Below the pieces are notes generated by a model, which worked only from the letters and a program-made list of their open reading frames with translations, made no database searches and had not been told where the DNA came from. Shown here one piece after another: positions 1 through 15,300 of a stretch of 64,000 nucleotides of DNA. The position numbers were made by a program, and so were the translations under genes. The DNA is from Mytilus edulis (Eukaryota): NCBI RefSeq assembly GCF_963676685.1, contig NC_092344.1:64790001-64854000 (forward strand). Direction: 5' to 3'. The stretch's first letter is position 1; every line of letters starts with the position of its first letter.

Positions 1-370
1 TTTTATTGGCGGGAATAAACCTTCACCAGGAACGCTCAAAGCCATAAATTTGAAAGTCGGATTTATTTGATCACAGAAAAATTGCGTTTGCATGCATATT
101 TCCTTCCCGCGTCATTTTCATTTAGATTTTGTTTTTGTTTAATCGATAACGAAGTTTTTGCTGAATAACAACTTCTAACCAAAATGTGTTACCTTAGGCT
201 TTTCATTTTGAGATTTATAAGAAAATCTTACAATATCATTAAGAAACAACAGAGGGTGACAGACATTTATTATTAATGTATACTTTTGTTAGAATAAGGC
301 GCCTTGCTAGAATTTTCAGCTATTGCAAACTTATGGATAATTTAGATGTTCTATCCTTGTATATTTATAG

Positions 371-3300
371 ATATATTAGAGCTACCTATTTTAGAAGGGG
401 ATCCATCATTTGCCAGGAATCTCAAGCACTTATATTCTGCCTGTTTAAACAAGGATTCTGTTTTTGACGACACTGCTGGTAAGACACATTTATCTGTTTT
501 GATAGCACCGGATTCACCAAATGCACATTTGAAATATGAAAATAAAGACAAAAATAAAAGCGGAAGATGCCAATTAAGGGTACATTTAAAGTCGAAGAGG
601 AACTGACAACAGTATGGGAAGATATTGAAAATCGAAAAAAAGTTCACAAAACACTTCATTAAAAGTATTAACATAGCGACAAGAACACTACGAGGTGATG
701 TGACAGAGGTGCTCCGAAGGAGAAAGCAGATCCTGCACCCCTGGTGAACCCTTCACATTGATCATGGTATAAGTACAAATTTCGTAATAAGTCTCTTTCG
801 AAGTTTGTCATTGATCTTGACCTCGAATATTTCTTTGTGTATTTTTTTATAGTTGTGTCAATTTTTTTTTTTTTTTTTTATAAAATCATTCAAACTGCTT
901 AAATGTCCATTCAAGTTTTTCGTGCAAAGATGAAATTAAAACCCACATCTTACAAGCATTGTACTACACCATAATGATACAATTTGTTTCTATTCTATTC
1001 TTTTTTCCAGTCATGTCAGAAATTCGTTTCTTCCTGCAAATTCTCCAATTTGATGCCACAATGACCACAATAAAATCCATAGAAGAAATACAGAACTTTG
1101 CCATGTATTATTTTGGATCCTATCCACTCTTTCGATATGACGTGGCTCCAGTGGTAAACGGAGAAGATACTGTATATACTCTGATGGTAACTGTATATTC
1201 ATTTACTTTTTAAACATTATTTTAAAATGACCACAGGATGAGACACAGGACAACTTAATAACGTCCTCTCCTAGAATATTTAGATTGATTGTTTGTTGAT
1301 TGATTAAGTTCAAGACGAGAAAAGATCGATAGTAAATACAATAGGAAGGTTCTGTTATAGTGGTCTTGCATGAAGAAGCCCGGCAAATTTGACTGCTACT
1401 TTATAATGAGGACAAAGCAGATCTAGATAGAGACAGAAATTAAGTCATGTACGAGGCACTAGTAGTTGAGTACCCATCACAATGTTGCTGCAAAGTTTCA
1501 AACCGTGCAGAAGTCACGATTTAACACCCATTCTGACCAGACGTTGCAGCGTATTTGTACATCCCGCACAGCCGAACGAACGCCCAAATTTGACCTCAGG
1601 TGTTTACTGCTGGTCGGAAGAAAACCAAAGTGACCATGATCTTTGTACTTCCCAGTCACTTTTGTGTACTGAATTTTAAGTAACATGCATGTATACAAAA
1701 CTATATGCAACAAGTCCAAACTCTATATGTAATAGAAATGAATAAGTATCATCAATTGAAAATTCCAAAAGAAACTATTATTGATGATTTTTATTTAATG
1801 CCCTAGCTTATTACTTGCACCTACCCGTTTATACAGATTGATGCTGATAATAATGTAATGGACACCATTCTTCTTCTTATTGGAATGAAAGAAACTAAGC
1901 CTGTCATAACATAATAATTTTTATTATTATTTTGTAGCTATTCCCACCTTCAATGTATCTGCGTCGTGATATTTATAATGGTAATATTGATGAAACAATT
2001 GTAAGTATTTGACATCGTTATATTATGATCTACAGCCTCTGTGGTCTCGTGGTATGGTGCTCGGCTTGATTGTGGGAAGTGGAGGGTTTGTTCACTGGCT
2101 TGATCAAACCAAATATCTTTTTTTTAACTGTTTTTTGCTTCTCGGAAAAGTACACGTTTACGTCGGAAAAGTACACGTTTACGAGTAAGAGCAAGAGTTC
2201 GTTTGCTAGTGTAATGTGAAAAAAAATGTATGATTTTTTAGAGAACAAAAGTTGTCTGTTTTTCAGACGACATGCATTCTTTTTAATAACTTATTCTAAT
2301 ATGACGTGCTTCTTTCGCTTTGTGAACAAACCCATGCTCTAAATCCAATAACATTTGTTTGCACATGCGTATATTGACTACTTCAGAATAATGAATTTTA
2401 TCAAATTATCATGAACTCAAACACTTTCAAACTCTTAAATGACATGACGTTACTAATTCATTTATTATGACTGTAATATGTTGCATTTCGAAATTGAAAT
2501 ATTTGACCTAGATACGACAACCGTTCTTAACGGCTGTTCAAACTGCTCCCTCTGTAAAATCACAGTGCCAGTCGTTTGCTTCTTTACAAACAAAAAAGGG
2601 AGGTTCATGGAAGAGCCTACACAAACGCTTTTACACTTATACTTATCGGAGATAGAAATTACCTAAATTGTCCTATTCAGAATCGAAAAAAATGATGCAA
2701 GATATACTTTATTGTAGTTTTAACATGGGTAGGCATTATATTCGTGTTATTTTATCCCTCACTAACGCTCGGGCAAAGATAATCACCTATATAATGCCTA
2801 CCCATGTTAAAACTACAATAAAGTATAGCTTGCATCAATTATTTCTTAAACATTCTGATGACATGTACGATCGACTCAAACTGATGTCACACAATAAGTC
2901 GAAGTCATATGGATCTAAACAACTGTCTTAGCAATACAACAATATGGCAAGCCGTTCTCGTCAAAACTATGTTTAAACCCTTTCTTCGAAAAAAAATACA
3001 CACTGAGATTTAAAAACCTAAAATAACACACTGAGAAATCGAAATTACACACTGAGATTTTAAATAGACACACTGAGATGAAATAAATTGAAAAACACAC
3101 ACTGAGAATTGTTAATTACACACTGAGATTTCAAAAATACACACTGAGATTAATATGCAAATTACTAATGAATATTCATGAGATGAATAATTCAACAGAT
3201 TAATATCTTGATCTGAAGAACTCTTGTCATTATAATATGAAATGCGAATCCTTTAACCAACATTCGTAATAAATTTCAAGACTTAACATCGCTCATATTC

Positions 3301-6300
3301 ATAAGTTTGTTGCCTATAATTCAGATCATTACTACCAGTAATTAAACATGACTTTATTGTGTCCCTTTTCAAAAGTCTTCCAACTGTTTCCCTGATTTCG
3401 CCAGTTAATCTTTTATATTTTTGTTACGTTTATATGCTATAATAGACACTTGAGTAAAAATTTCACGGCATTCTTTTGCAGATTGTTCCAATGTTTTCTT
3501 ATAATTTTGATAAAGTTTTTCACCATTTGGTTATATTTTGTAATAAGAGTAAATGGGTATCTTTCTTGTTCTTGTATTTCTAAAGTTTTTTTTATTAATA
3601 ATTTGGAACCAAATCGAAGGACTAACGAGTTCTGTCCCTTGTTGTTTTAAGCTTGTAATAGATTCAGATTAAGTATGCTAATTAGATATGTGCGCATAAA
3701 AATTGCGCACAAATCTCAGTGTGTAATTTTAAATTCTCAGTGTGTAATTTTAAATTCTCAGTGTGTAATTTCAAATTCTCAGTGTGTGTTTTCAGTTTAT
3801 TTATTCTCAGTGTGTCTTTTTGAAATCTCAGTGTGTAATTTTCAATTCTCAGTGTGCGTTTTTCATTTTTGTAATCTCAGTGCGTCTTTATGAAATCTCA
3901 GTGTGAAAATTTTAATTCTCGGTGTGTAATTTTCAATTCTCAGTGTGTAATTTTCAATTCTCAGTGTGCGTTTTGAAGTTTTTAAATCTCAGTGTGCTTT
4001 GTTGTAAATCTCAGTGTGTAAATTTTACGAAAAATGGTTTAAACATAGTTTTGACGAGAACGGCTTGCCATACAACAATGTATCAGCGACACGCAAGGCT
4101 CATTCCAGCCCAGTAGTTAGCACTTCTGTGTTGACTTGAGTTATCATTGATATGTTCATAATTATGAATTAACTGTTTACAAAACTTTGAATTTTTGAAA
4201 TACTAAGGCTTTTCTACCTCAAAAATAGATTACCTTTGCTGTATTTGGCAAAACTTACCGTTCATGTAAATGTTTTAAAAGAAATACAATTTTTTTGGAA
4301 CTTGTACTGCCGAAATCGTATCTAAAGCTGATTTAATATCAAAGTAAAAGAGAAACCGCTGTAGATATAAGAAGAATAACTCTGTATATATCTTATATAT
4401 CTTTAAATTTCTATTTTAACTACTCACATTATATATTTTTCATAACCTGTGCATTTGTTATATTAGATAATTATCTTTGAAATTCTTAATGGTAAACTTC
4501 ATTTTTTGATAATACTGATATGGTATATAATTTTTTCAAGTATGGAAAATTGTATGTAAATACTAACAAAAACTAACAGCTGTATAAATATGTTATTTAC
4601 TAATGTTAACGAGGCCGGGATAAGGTACCGGTACTTGATGTTTTTAATCTAACAAATGTACAGATTTCAATAAAATATGATAAATTAAAAAAAAAAAGAA
4701 TAACTCTGTACTTTAAAATATACTAGCAGCAAGTTTATATCTATCATATTAACAGCCACAAGTGACCCCTACTATAGACATAATGTTTTAACTTTTATTA
4801 TAAGGACGGACTTGATTATTTGCACCGTGTTCCTACTGTTCTTGATTCAATATATGGAACCGGTTCTGCTGGCTCTGGTGGTGAATTTAGACGGCGCAGG
4901 GATGCAGACATGGTTAAGGACGACTTTGATTATTTTGATGACGAGAAACAAAATAAAAGACCAAAGATAATTGGCCGGAAGTTATTACAAGAGGATTATT
5001 ATTATGGTGAATTAATACTTGTATAATGTAGATATATTTGAAACTTTTGCAAGAAATATACAACTTGATGATATATTTTAAAAAAAAAATATGATTTTCA
5101 ACATGTTAAAAAGTAAATTTCTCTGTTCAAAATATTTTGTTTAAGTTAAATTGAGTTTTACAGTTAAGTAGCAATTATAAATATAGAAAACAAGATGTGG
5201 TACGATTGCCAATGAGACAACTGTTCACAAGAGACCAAAATGACACAGAAATTAACAACTATAATAGGTCACCGTACGGCCTTCAAAAAAGAGCAAAGCC
5301 CAAACCGATAAAGCATGTAAAAATAAGGACTTTGTAATGTACATGTTGACCAATGATTCTCGTATGGACAGCAACATCACAGTCATATAATCCTAGCTGT
5401 CACAATAAAAAAACCCACAACAAACGTGTTCATATTACTCTGATTTAATCTATTTACAACAAAAGTATCAAATCGCAATTTGGATGAGTTTACATTAAAG
5501 AAACAAATTCTATATGTAGGACTTTAAAGTGCGATGGGGACGCTAAAGTGCGATGGTCACGGTAAAATGCGATGGTATACGCTAAAGTGCGATGCCACGA
5601 CACGCTAAAGTGCGTTTTTCGCGAATGCGTGTTTGTAAAGAAACAAATTATATATAATCAAGCAGTTCATTGAAAAAATATTACTATTTGACAATATTTT
5701 CATTGCAATTTTACCAAAATTTCAGATGATGAAGGCCAATCCGTATATAATACTGCAAGAGCAAAATTGCTCGATGTCTTCAAATTCGAAAGGCAGCTAA
5801 ATCAGGTACAATAGAATGATTGATTTTTTGACTAGAACAAAAAAAAATTGGAAATCTGTCCAAAAACAAAGACTTTTCGACATCTCACTTTTTATGTACA
5901 CAAAATCGATAATCCACTATCTATCTTCTCGAACTTTACTCAGTGTTACCGGAACCTCGGATGTCGCAAATGTTATTTCTGTCATTATGGGAAATGTTGC
6001 AATAATAACGTTGGAATTAAAACCACGAATCTGAAAACGTTCATAATATACACCGAAAACTAGTATAAGAAGAAAGGAAATCATTCAATAACCTGAAAGA
6101 GAAAGATGGCGGACGCCGTCATGATAAGATTCCTCTTCTGGTTTTTGTATCAATTGTAATTTGAAATAGAGCTGATTATAATATATTTCAATGTATTTAA
6201 AAACGAGGAGATGTGGTATGATTGTCATAGAGACAAGTATCGACCAGAGACCAGAGGACGATGATTCTAACAACTGCATGTATAAAGTAGATTATTAGGA

Positions 6301-9300
6301 AGTTGCTATTCATTGTCGTATATTTAAATGAGCATTACTGTTATATATACACCAGAAAGAATAATTCTGTACTTATATGAGATCCGAATGCATCCTATAG
6401 CAGGGAAAAGTATGCTAGTAAAATGCTAAATTATCAAGTAAAAACAGAATATTCAAGCAACTGTGTTACATAGACAATTACATTTAATGTTTGTTCAAAA
6501 TGAGGCAGGATACAAGAAGTCGATCATGCTTAACATAATACATTTTGTGATCTTACCTACTAGTATATTCGTATTGTAAAACAGCTGATCTCAGGACAAA
6601 GAAGAAAACGTTCTGATGCTCAAGTTATTATTAAGACAGTTAAACATGTACTTTTAATCTATCTTAATGAATACGAACTATCACAATAATCTGGTATCCA
6701 TAATATCAAGTGCTCTAATAGGGTGAGCATAGTCAACATACTCTCATGTGTATTCATAATTGACGCATTTTACATCTTTAATTCCAGATTATCCCTTACA
6801 GAAATACTGATAGCCAGACAAGTAGTAGTAACATACAGTTTAATGACCTGCAAATTAGGCACCCTTCATTGAATTGGACAGATATACTCCCAGATGTAAA
6901 ACCGAACACACCAGTCAGCATTTCACATTCAACTTATTTCTATGGTTTGGATAGACTTATCGCCGATACAAGTGCAGATATTATCAAATTATATGAGTTG
7001 ATAACAGTAATCACTCGAGGATTATGGAAATACCTCCCATATGATAAGCGGACTTATTTGTATTTTAGTGACATCATAGAAGAGCGATATGATTGGTTGA
7101 GATGTGTCAATTTCACCTTTGACCTTTTGAATTCTGAATTGCATAAGGAATACTCCGTAAAGATGTCGACCGATATAGCTGATGGAATAGAGGACACAAA
7201 AACTGTGATTGAAAATATAACAAATGTTGTGAAATTTAATACAGACAATTCCACAGACCTCAGTAAAGAAACGAAATTGTCACTCTTTAATAAATTGTCT
7301 TCACTTCAAGTAGAGGTTTTACCGCCACCAAACGTGGATTTATCATTCAAATTAACGTCTTCCATATCATTTGTTCTTTCTGCAACTGAATGTTTGAAGA
7401 AACGATTCAATGAAGATATGGCAAAACTGGGAAAATCAACGAAATCAACAGTGACTGAATGGTCAGATCTCAGACCTCAGTATAACGATAGGTTCAATAA
7501 AATAGGTAACATTTTATTTTGAGTATCAAAAATTAAAAGTCTCAGAATAATTTCACTGAAAATTGTGATTTGAAATATTGTTTGCTTTTTATAAAATTTT
7601 ATATTAGAAAACATTTACATTTTGGTGTTATCTCTCTTATCCTCTTAATCTATTTGTGTCTAAAATTATGAAACAAAAGTATGCATAAAAATCCCCTCCC
7701 TCCAATTATAATCGATCTTTTATAATGTCTGTCAATGTTTTTTTGTCATTGTATTATTTTTTAATCTATATTTTGTTGTTGATTAGTTAAATAAAAACTA
7801 TAAATTAGAAAGTTAATGAATCAGACGCAATAAAAACAAAATCCAAAGAAAAACAATATCGTCAGTGATGAAGATCATAAAGAAAATAGTTCCAAAAATC
7901 TGTTCATCAAATTTCGTTAAAATGTATTTTTAAAAATCTTTTACTACTAAAAAATGTGTATTCTATTTTCCAGAACTGCCACTTGGACTTACCTCTTTGA
8001 TGGTTGAGAAAGAGCCCTTATTTCCTATTCTAACAAGTGTAGGATTTAATTTGGCATCGAACATTATAAAGGCATTATACGGTAAGGTTACATATGTCAA
8101 TTCTATGACTGGAACTCAGAAGAATTCGAACCGCCTCGGGTGTTCAGGGTAAAGTGTTCACCTCGAGTGTTGCGGGATGTCATCGGTTCGAATCGCGACA
8201 CGGACTAACCGAATACTTTAAAATGGTCATTTTCTACTTCTCCGCTACGTACGCAGCATTAAGGAGTAAACACACCGTGGCATACTGGCCATCTCGAAGT
8301 CGGATCACTGTGTCCGGTACGATGGCATGTCTTGTAAAATGTTACCTTGTGAAATAGCAGGTTTAAAATCCTGCTTCTCGTGTCGTTCTAGTACAATTTG
8401 TAATTTCTAAAGGTAAATCGATATAGGAAGATGTGTAAATGCATTTTTAACTACGTAGTTTGTGTCTACATACCAACAGTATCAAGTAATTACATTTGTT
8501 TACAGGTTCCATGGATATAGCTTTAGCAGAATCATGGTGGAGTTCATCCTCATCCTCATCTTTCCTCGATACATGGAATTGTTATGACAATCAACTTTCA
8601 TCAGACATTGATGTAAGATATCTCTAATAACGTTTAATATTCATTTCAAAAACAAAAACTTATAAAAAGAAACCTTTCAAAATCTATATAATTTTAAATC
8701 AAATCGTTTTTCTTCGAACTGAAATGAATAGCCATTTGTTTGCACATTGCGAACTAATTTGTTTTATTTGATTCGAACCAAAATGTTATGCAATATATTG
8801 TTAATCTATCTATAGCATATAATTTATGTTAATAAACAAGTATGGACACAGACGCAAATTGTCAGTGGGGTTAAAAGTCGTTACAAATGTATTGAAAGCT
8901 AGACTGGAAATGTGTATTAACAAATTGAGTTGATGTGTACATGTCTTCATTCAAATGCATTGACTGATAAAAAAGGGGGCTTCAACTTCCACCCCTCTCT
9001 ATGAATTAGTTGTTTGAGTGTTTGAATATGGAGTTTGTTAATAAATAGCTGCACAGTAAGCGCATGATATGTCTCCAATGGGTTTTCAATGTAGCCAGAA
9101 ACTCCTGCACTTATAGGTGTCCAAAAACTATAAAATCCCTTCTTTTTTTAAGCATATATAAAAATTCATAACACAGAAATGTATAATCTGAAATTTATTA
9201 CAATCAAAAGGGACCTTAGGTCAATAGTTTAAACAATTCACCAAAGTTTAATTAAAGGTGATGGATGCATTTTTGTGTTCTTGTTCAAAATTGGAAAATT

Positions 9301-12300
9301 CTCTCTTTTTTAAGGATAAAATCTCTCTTCATAACATGGAAACGAAAATTCTAAAATTTATAAAATCGATGTGGAGCTAATGTCAATAGATATAAGCATT
9401 TCAACAAAGTTTCTTGAAAGTAGGGGAAGTGTTTTCTAGTTATTGTCTGAAGTGTGGATGATGGACTGATAGACAACAGTATACTATAATATGTTGTGTA
9501 TGAGACATTGGTATAATAAAAAGGTTTTGAATGAATAATGATTAGAAACTGTTTAATGCAGTTATTGAGGGAACGACAGTGAAGAAATTGCTGAGATCAA
9601 TGCGTTTGAATCCTAAGAATTCAATTTTTGTTGAAATGAAATAAAGTTCAATTTTTTACCCTTTGGATCTTAATGTAGACCAATTTGAAAACGGGACAAT
9701 CCTGTGCAATTGAATATTTCTGGCTATTGGCAATACTGTGCAATTGAAAATTTCTTGCTATTGCGCAATATTGTGCAATTAGATATTTCTTGCTATTGTG
9801 CAATACTGTGCAATTGAAGATTTCTTGCTATTGCAGAATACTGCGCAATTGAAAATTTCTTGCTATTGCACAATATAGTATAATAATTTATGACCCCGAT
9901 TTGGACCAACTTGAAAACTGGGCCCATAATCAAAAATCTAAGTACATGTTAAGACTCACCATATCAAAGAACCCCAAGAATTCAATTCTTATTCTTCTTA
10001 GAGTGCGAAAACCTTTTATTAGCCTTTTAAAGCTTGCTATGCAGTCAAGGTTTTGCTCATTGTTAAAGGCAGTATCTTGACCTATAGTTACTTACTTTCA
10101 TGTCATTATGGCTGCATAAAACCAATAAGGGCAAAATTCTTCTGGTTTAAGTTGGTTTTATTGTGCTGTTTTCTTAGACAGTGTAATATTCTCAAGCTTA
10201 TTTTAATTTTGGACCCTTTAGACTTTAATGTAGACCAATTAGAAAACAGGACCTAAAATTAAAAATTTGGACATGGTTAGATTTGGCATATCAAAGAAGC
10301 ACAATACCGTAATTCATTTTTTTGCTGAAATCAAACAAAGTTTAATTTTGGCCCCTTATTCCTTGGGACCAAAACTCCAAAATTAATCCAAACCTTCCTT
10401 TTGTGGTCATAAACCTTTGTAGATTTCTATTAACTTATACTAAAGTTATTGTTCAAAAACCAAGAAAAATGCTTATTTGGGGCCTGTCTGTTGGAACTAA
10501 AATTAGCAAAATCTATCCCAACCCTCCTTATGTGGCCATAGACCTTATGTTAAAATATCATAGATTTCTGTTTACTAATACTTAAGTTATAGAGCAAAAA
10601 CCAAGAACAATTCTTATTTGGCCCCTTATTCCTAAACTGTTGAGACCAAAATACCCCAAATCAATCCCACCCTTCCTTTCATGGTCATAAATCTTGTGTC
10701 TAAATTTCATATATATCTATTTTACTTTTACTGAAGTTAGAGTGCGAAAACCGAATGTCTTTGGATGAAGACGAAGATGCCAACGTGATTCCAATGTACA
10801 ACCAAAAAGTTTTCAATTTTTGCGGTTGTATAAAAATGATCTCAAATCAAATTTTTAATGGAGTTTGCAACAGTAATTATTCAACTACTCATTTTAATAC
10901 ATCATAAAGTATTAAAGTGTAAATGTCATAGTCATGGTGATGATGCCTCCGCTAGCATATAACGTTATAAAGGTACATAAATCAAGAACTGTAAAAGTGA
11001 AGCTGCTAAAAATTGAACTTAAACCGAGTTTAGAGGTACCAGAAATAAGCATTATATACACATTTCACTAAATTTAGTTGAGACAAACTTGAGAAATTTT
11101 TCCATTTGTGAAAGGGGATAACCCTAGAATGATAATCAAAGTGCTTGTAATCACCGAATGGCTATTAAAGACTGCTTAAATTTATCAGTTGGTAGTAAAG
11201 TGAATTTTGCATTGTATATTGTATATATAGCATTATTTTTAGTCGATTCAACTACTATTCTGGACAGAGAAAGATAACTCCAATTTTCAAAGAAGATTTC
11301 ATAAAGCAATGGTTTTAGGTTATATTAATTCAACAACCATTCTGGACAAAGAAAGATAACTCCAATTTATTGTCTTGAATCTACAAAAATGTTTGTTTTT
11401 GGCCCTCAATTCCTCGACTGTTTGCCCCATAACCCACAAAATAAACCCCAAACTTCTACTTATGGTATTAAATATTATGGTACAGTTTCAGAACAATTGA
11501 AATACTTATACACAACTTTTTGTACTGACACAAGATTAATGCTTGTTTTGGGCACCTTTGGAACCTTTATTCATAAACCTTAGGGACTATATATATATAT
11601 AACCGCCCCAAAACAATCCCAAGCTTCCTTTTATGATTATAAATATTATGTTATAATTAAATGGCTTCCTTTTTACTTATACTGAAGTTATTATCTGGAA
11701 ACCATCCGTCTTGGGAAGACGACGACAGGATACCTACATGTATTTCAACTGCAAAAATTTCTGTGGTTGTATAAAAATTTCAAATATGTACAATGAAATA
11801 GAGTTTTAGAAATTGATAAGCCTAGATAGGCCTTATAATTTCCCCCCACATAGTTGAAGGACCATTTACACTCAGGACCGAGTCATAAGTAGGCAGTACA
11901 GTCTACAGATGTATTAAAACAACCTAGCATCATATTGCTAGTAGTGGGAGTAGCATTCTCGGGAAAATTTGTTCGTTTTTTTTTTATAATATGTTTGGTT
12001 CAAATCAAAATAGAATGCTTTTATCTCCCTAATACTTACATTGTAAATAGAGGTGGTACTACTTTGACAAATCCTTGTACATGAGAGTTTTCTGTCAAAT
12101 CTTTATTTCACAAAGAATGAATTGCATAACAATGAACTGAGCTCAAAGCAAAGTACTTTAATAATACACTTAGACAAAGAGCTAAATCCAGTGATATACT
12201 TTGTACTACAGGTCCTTCATTAACATCCATTGACCAAAACCATATCTCATCAACATTCCATACTACATGGTTGGATTCTGAAGTCCTGAAAAAGACATGA

Positions 12301-15300
12301 TTTTTTTTATCATATTTTAAGTATATAAACACAGGTTTAAACTTTCTTGTTGTATAATCATTCCGTATCTAGCAACTATCAATTTGCTTAATGCACATAT
12401 TGATATATGTTGAGTGTACCTCTGTTGGAAATAAGAACACACAAACCTCCACCTAGTTTTAGTCAATGGACAAAACATTCAAAACTATAAAATATTATAG
12501 ATCTAAGACTTGTCAGTGTCTATTTACCATTGCCACTGAATCAGTGATATATGTATTGTACACATAATTATATACATGCAAGACTAAAATTATAAAGTAC
12601 ATACATGTTTGTATATAAGACTAAAACTGACATTCATTCCCAAAGTCATTTTCAAATCTGACTTCATGGTAAAATAAGATTCCATATCTACAACCAATTA
12701 AAAGGAAAAATCCCTCTGATAGACTAGCATTTAAATCCGATTTCTAAAATGGAAGCTAGGTCACCTTGGAACTTAGAACTAAAAAAAATCGAAACAATAT
12801 ATCTGATATATTTCAAATGCATGTACATGAAATAATATAAATCTCTAAAATTCACCATATTGTTCCCTTTTTCATCTTCTGTTAGATACTGTATATCCAG
12901 TGGCGGATCCAGAAATTTTCTCAAGTGGGGGCCCACTGACTGACCTAAGAGGGGGCTCGCTCAAGTCATGGTTCAGTGATTCCCTATATAAGCAAACAAA
13001 TTTTTTCTCAAAAAGCAGGCCCCCCCCCCCCCCCTAAATCCGCCTCTGATATCAACCTCTAGATGTCTTTCAATTACATTCAGTTTAGTGTGGGTTGATC
13101 TTTGATTGTTGTACATGTTACAACCAGATTCCCGGCAGGGGGCAACTTTGTAAGACCGCAGAGGTTCAAGCTTAGATTTTAATAAATAAAAATTGAAATT
13201 GCAGATCAACATCCGTTTAAGTACAGGAGAAGTAATGAATGCGGACGGAGCACTTCAACTCATCTATCAGGTAAAATTCATTTAGTGATACGCTCAACAT
13301 TTAATTCAAGAAATATTGTAAAATGTATACACAGGACGGTTGTCATGTTGAAGTGTGAAAAGGAAAATATATTCAAGCAAAACACATCTGCGTTCTAGGG
13401 GAAGCAAAAGCGGAATTACTATATTTCACGAATATAAGGCTTCTGGATTCATAAAATATTTTGTGAGTACCATTTTTATTATCATACATAGTTGCTGGAT
13501 AAACATATGCTTACTACAATATATGGTAGTGAGTTTATTTACCCTTCCGGAGAACCTGTGATCATCTTTAGTTTTTGGTGGGGATCGTAATGCTCAGTCT
13601 TCAGTTTGCTATTTTGTGTTTTGTGTACTGTTGGTGTTCTTTTTCTTATTTAGCCTTGGAGTTGTCAGATTTCGAATCGTGAGTTTAAATGTCCCTCAGC
13701 AGCCCTCTCCTTAGCAGCTACTTAACATGCAGGCCATATTTGCAACTGGACAATATGCCAGCAGCAACCGACGAATCTAAATATGGCGATTTAATGTACA
13801 AAGTTTCATGTACATTTTTGTATTTTGTTTTGTAAAAAAAAAAATATTTAGGAAAATTTTAGTCAGAAAAGTGTCACTTGTCAAGTTCTTTAGTTGAAAT
13901 CATAAATCTGTGGATCTTACTTATATTATCCCGTTGTCTTATCCACTGCAGTGACATTTTAACTTTCAAATGTTAAACATCCAAATCATGTATTATGCCA
14001 ATCTTCCATCATTGGTGTGTTTTTCCTACTTCGACTATAAAGTAATATTGGACCTGACTAAATCACATGAAATATGATACAGGATAAATTATACCGAATT
14101 GAAGCACATAGTCTCACTCCGTTGATCTAGCTGAACATAAGGTATATCATTATATTTGAAGGAATATGAGCGACAACTGAAAGCTGCAAATACAAAGAGA
14201 TATTATCTTCCGATATTATCTGCAACTCCGGAACAATTGTTTCTTCTGCATTTCACACAAGTAAGTTCATAAGTTTGTATAAACGAGTAAGTAAAGACGT
14301 TGTTTATCAAGTCAAAATTTCCTCAAATTTCATCAGTTTTGTCATGCAGAATTTACTGAATTCTGGGAAAGAAGGTAGATTTGTTTGTTATTAATTTGTG
14401 TATTTTCATTTACATTTCTGTTTTGACATTATCTATCTCTTGAAAGCGGACATTACCACCATGCATGATAAAAGTAAGTTTAGTAAACGTTTAACACTTT
14501 CGAAAAAGGTATCTTATGCGTTTGTAGGTATATTTATATCAATGACCCTGATGTTGAAAGTATGTTAATAAGTCAGCTTTAAATCATACATTGACTATCA
14601 AGTTACTAGTTGTTGTCAGTATCGAACAAAATCATGTTTTTGTAAGATAAAACGGTAACCTATAGCTATTAATTTCTGTGTCATTTGGTCTGTTGTAGAG
14701 AGTAGTAGCATAAGCAATCATACCACATCTATTTTTTTATATTTGCTTTGATAAGAAATTCTGTGTAAACGTGTATTAAGAATATCATAATCAAATTTCA
14801 GCTATCATTTGTATATAAATTCATTTCTTTATTTAGAATTTTTGTGAAGTTCCATACCAAGGTACAACATCAATGAGTAAAAATAGGTAAGAGATATCAA
14901 AAAATTTAACATAATAAAAACGTAGATTTGAATTCTATTCCATTTAATAAATGACCTTTAAGAGATTTGTTATTGAACGCAAAGTAACAATTTATGAATT
15001 GTGTGCGTCCGTAGCACTTTCCTATATATGCCGTCACCAGGAACGTTTTATCCTTTACATTTTAATTCCAATGTATGCATACGTCTTGACAAAAAAAAGG
15101 AATATTTAATTTAGCAGATATCTTCGAAAGCAGTATTGTTAATTAAAGTATCTTCTGAAATTCTCTTTACTTGAAATTTGTTATTATGTATTTGCAGTAC
15201 TAGCATTTCTCTTAGTTTTTTTTAAGCAGATGTTAACATGTATAGTATTGGATTTTATTGATTATACATAACGAACAGTGCCAAATGTTTTATGTTTATA

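Noticed and set aside
3675-4116. ORFs with SQCVILN or FSVCNFQ repeats, and a CRISPR-like periodicity
   Set aside because: Translation of a transposon minisatellite; the units are contiguous with no unique spacers, and the context is eukaryotic.
8131-8200. Possible tRNA gene
   Set aside because: No complete cloverleaf; it continues into a SINE body.
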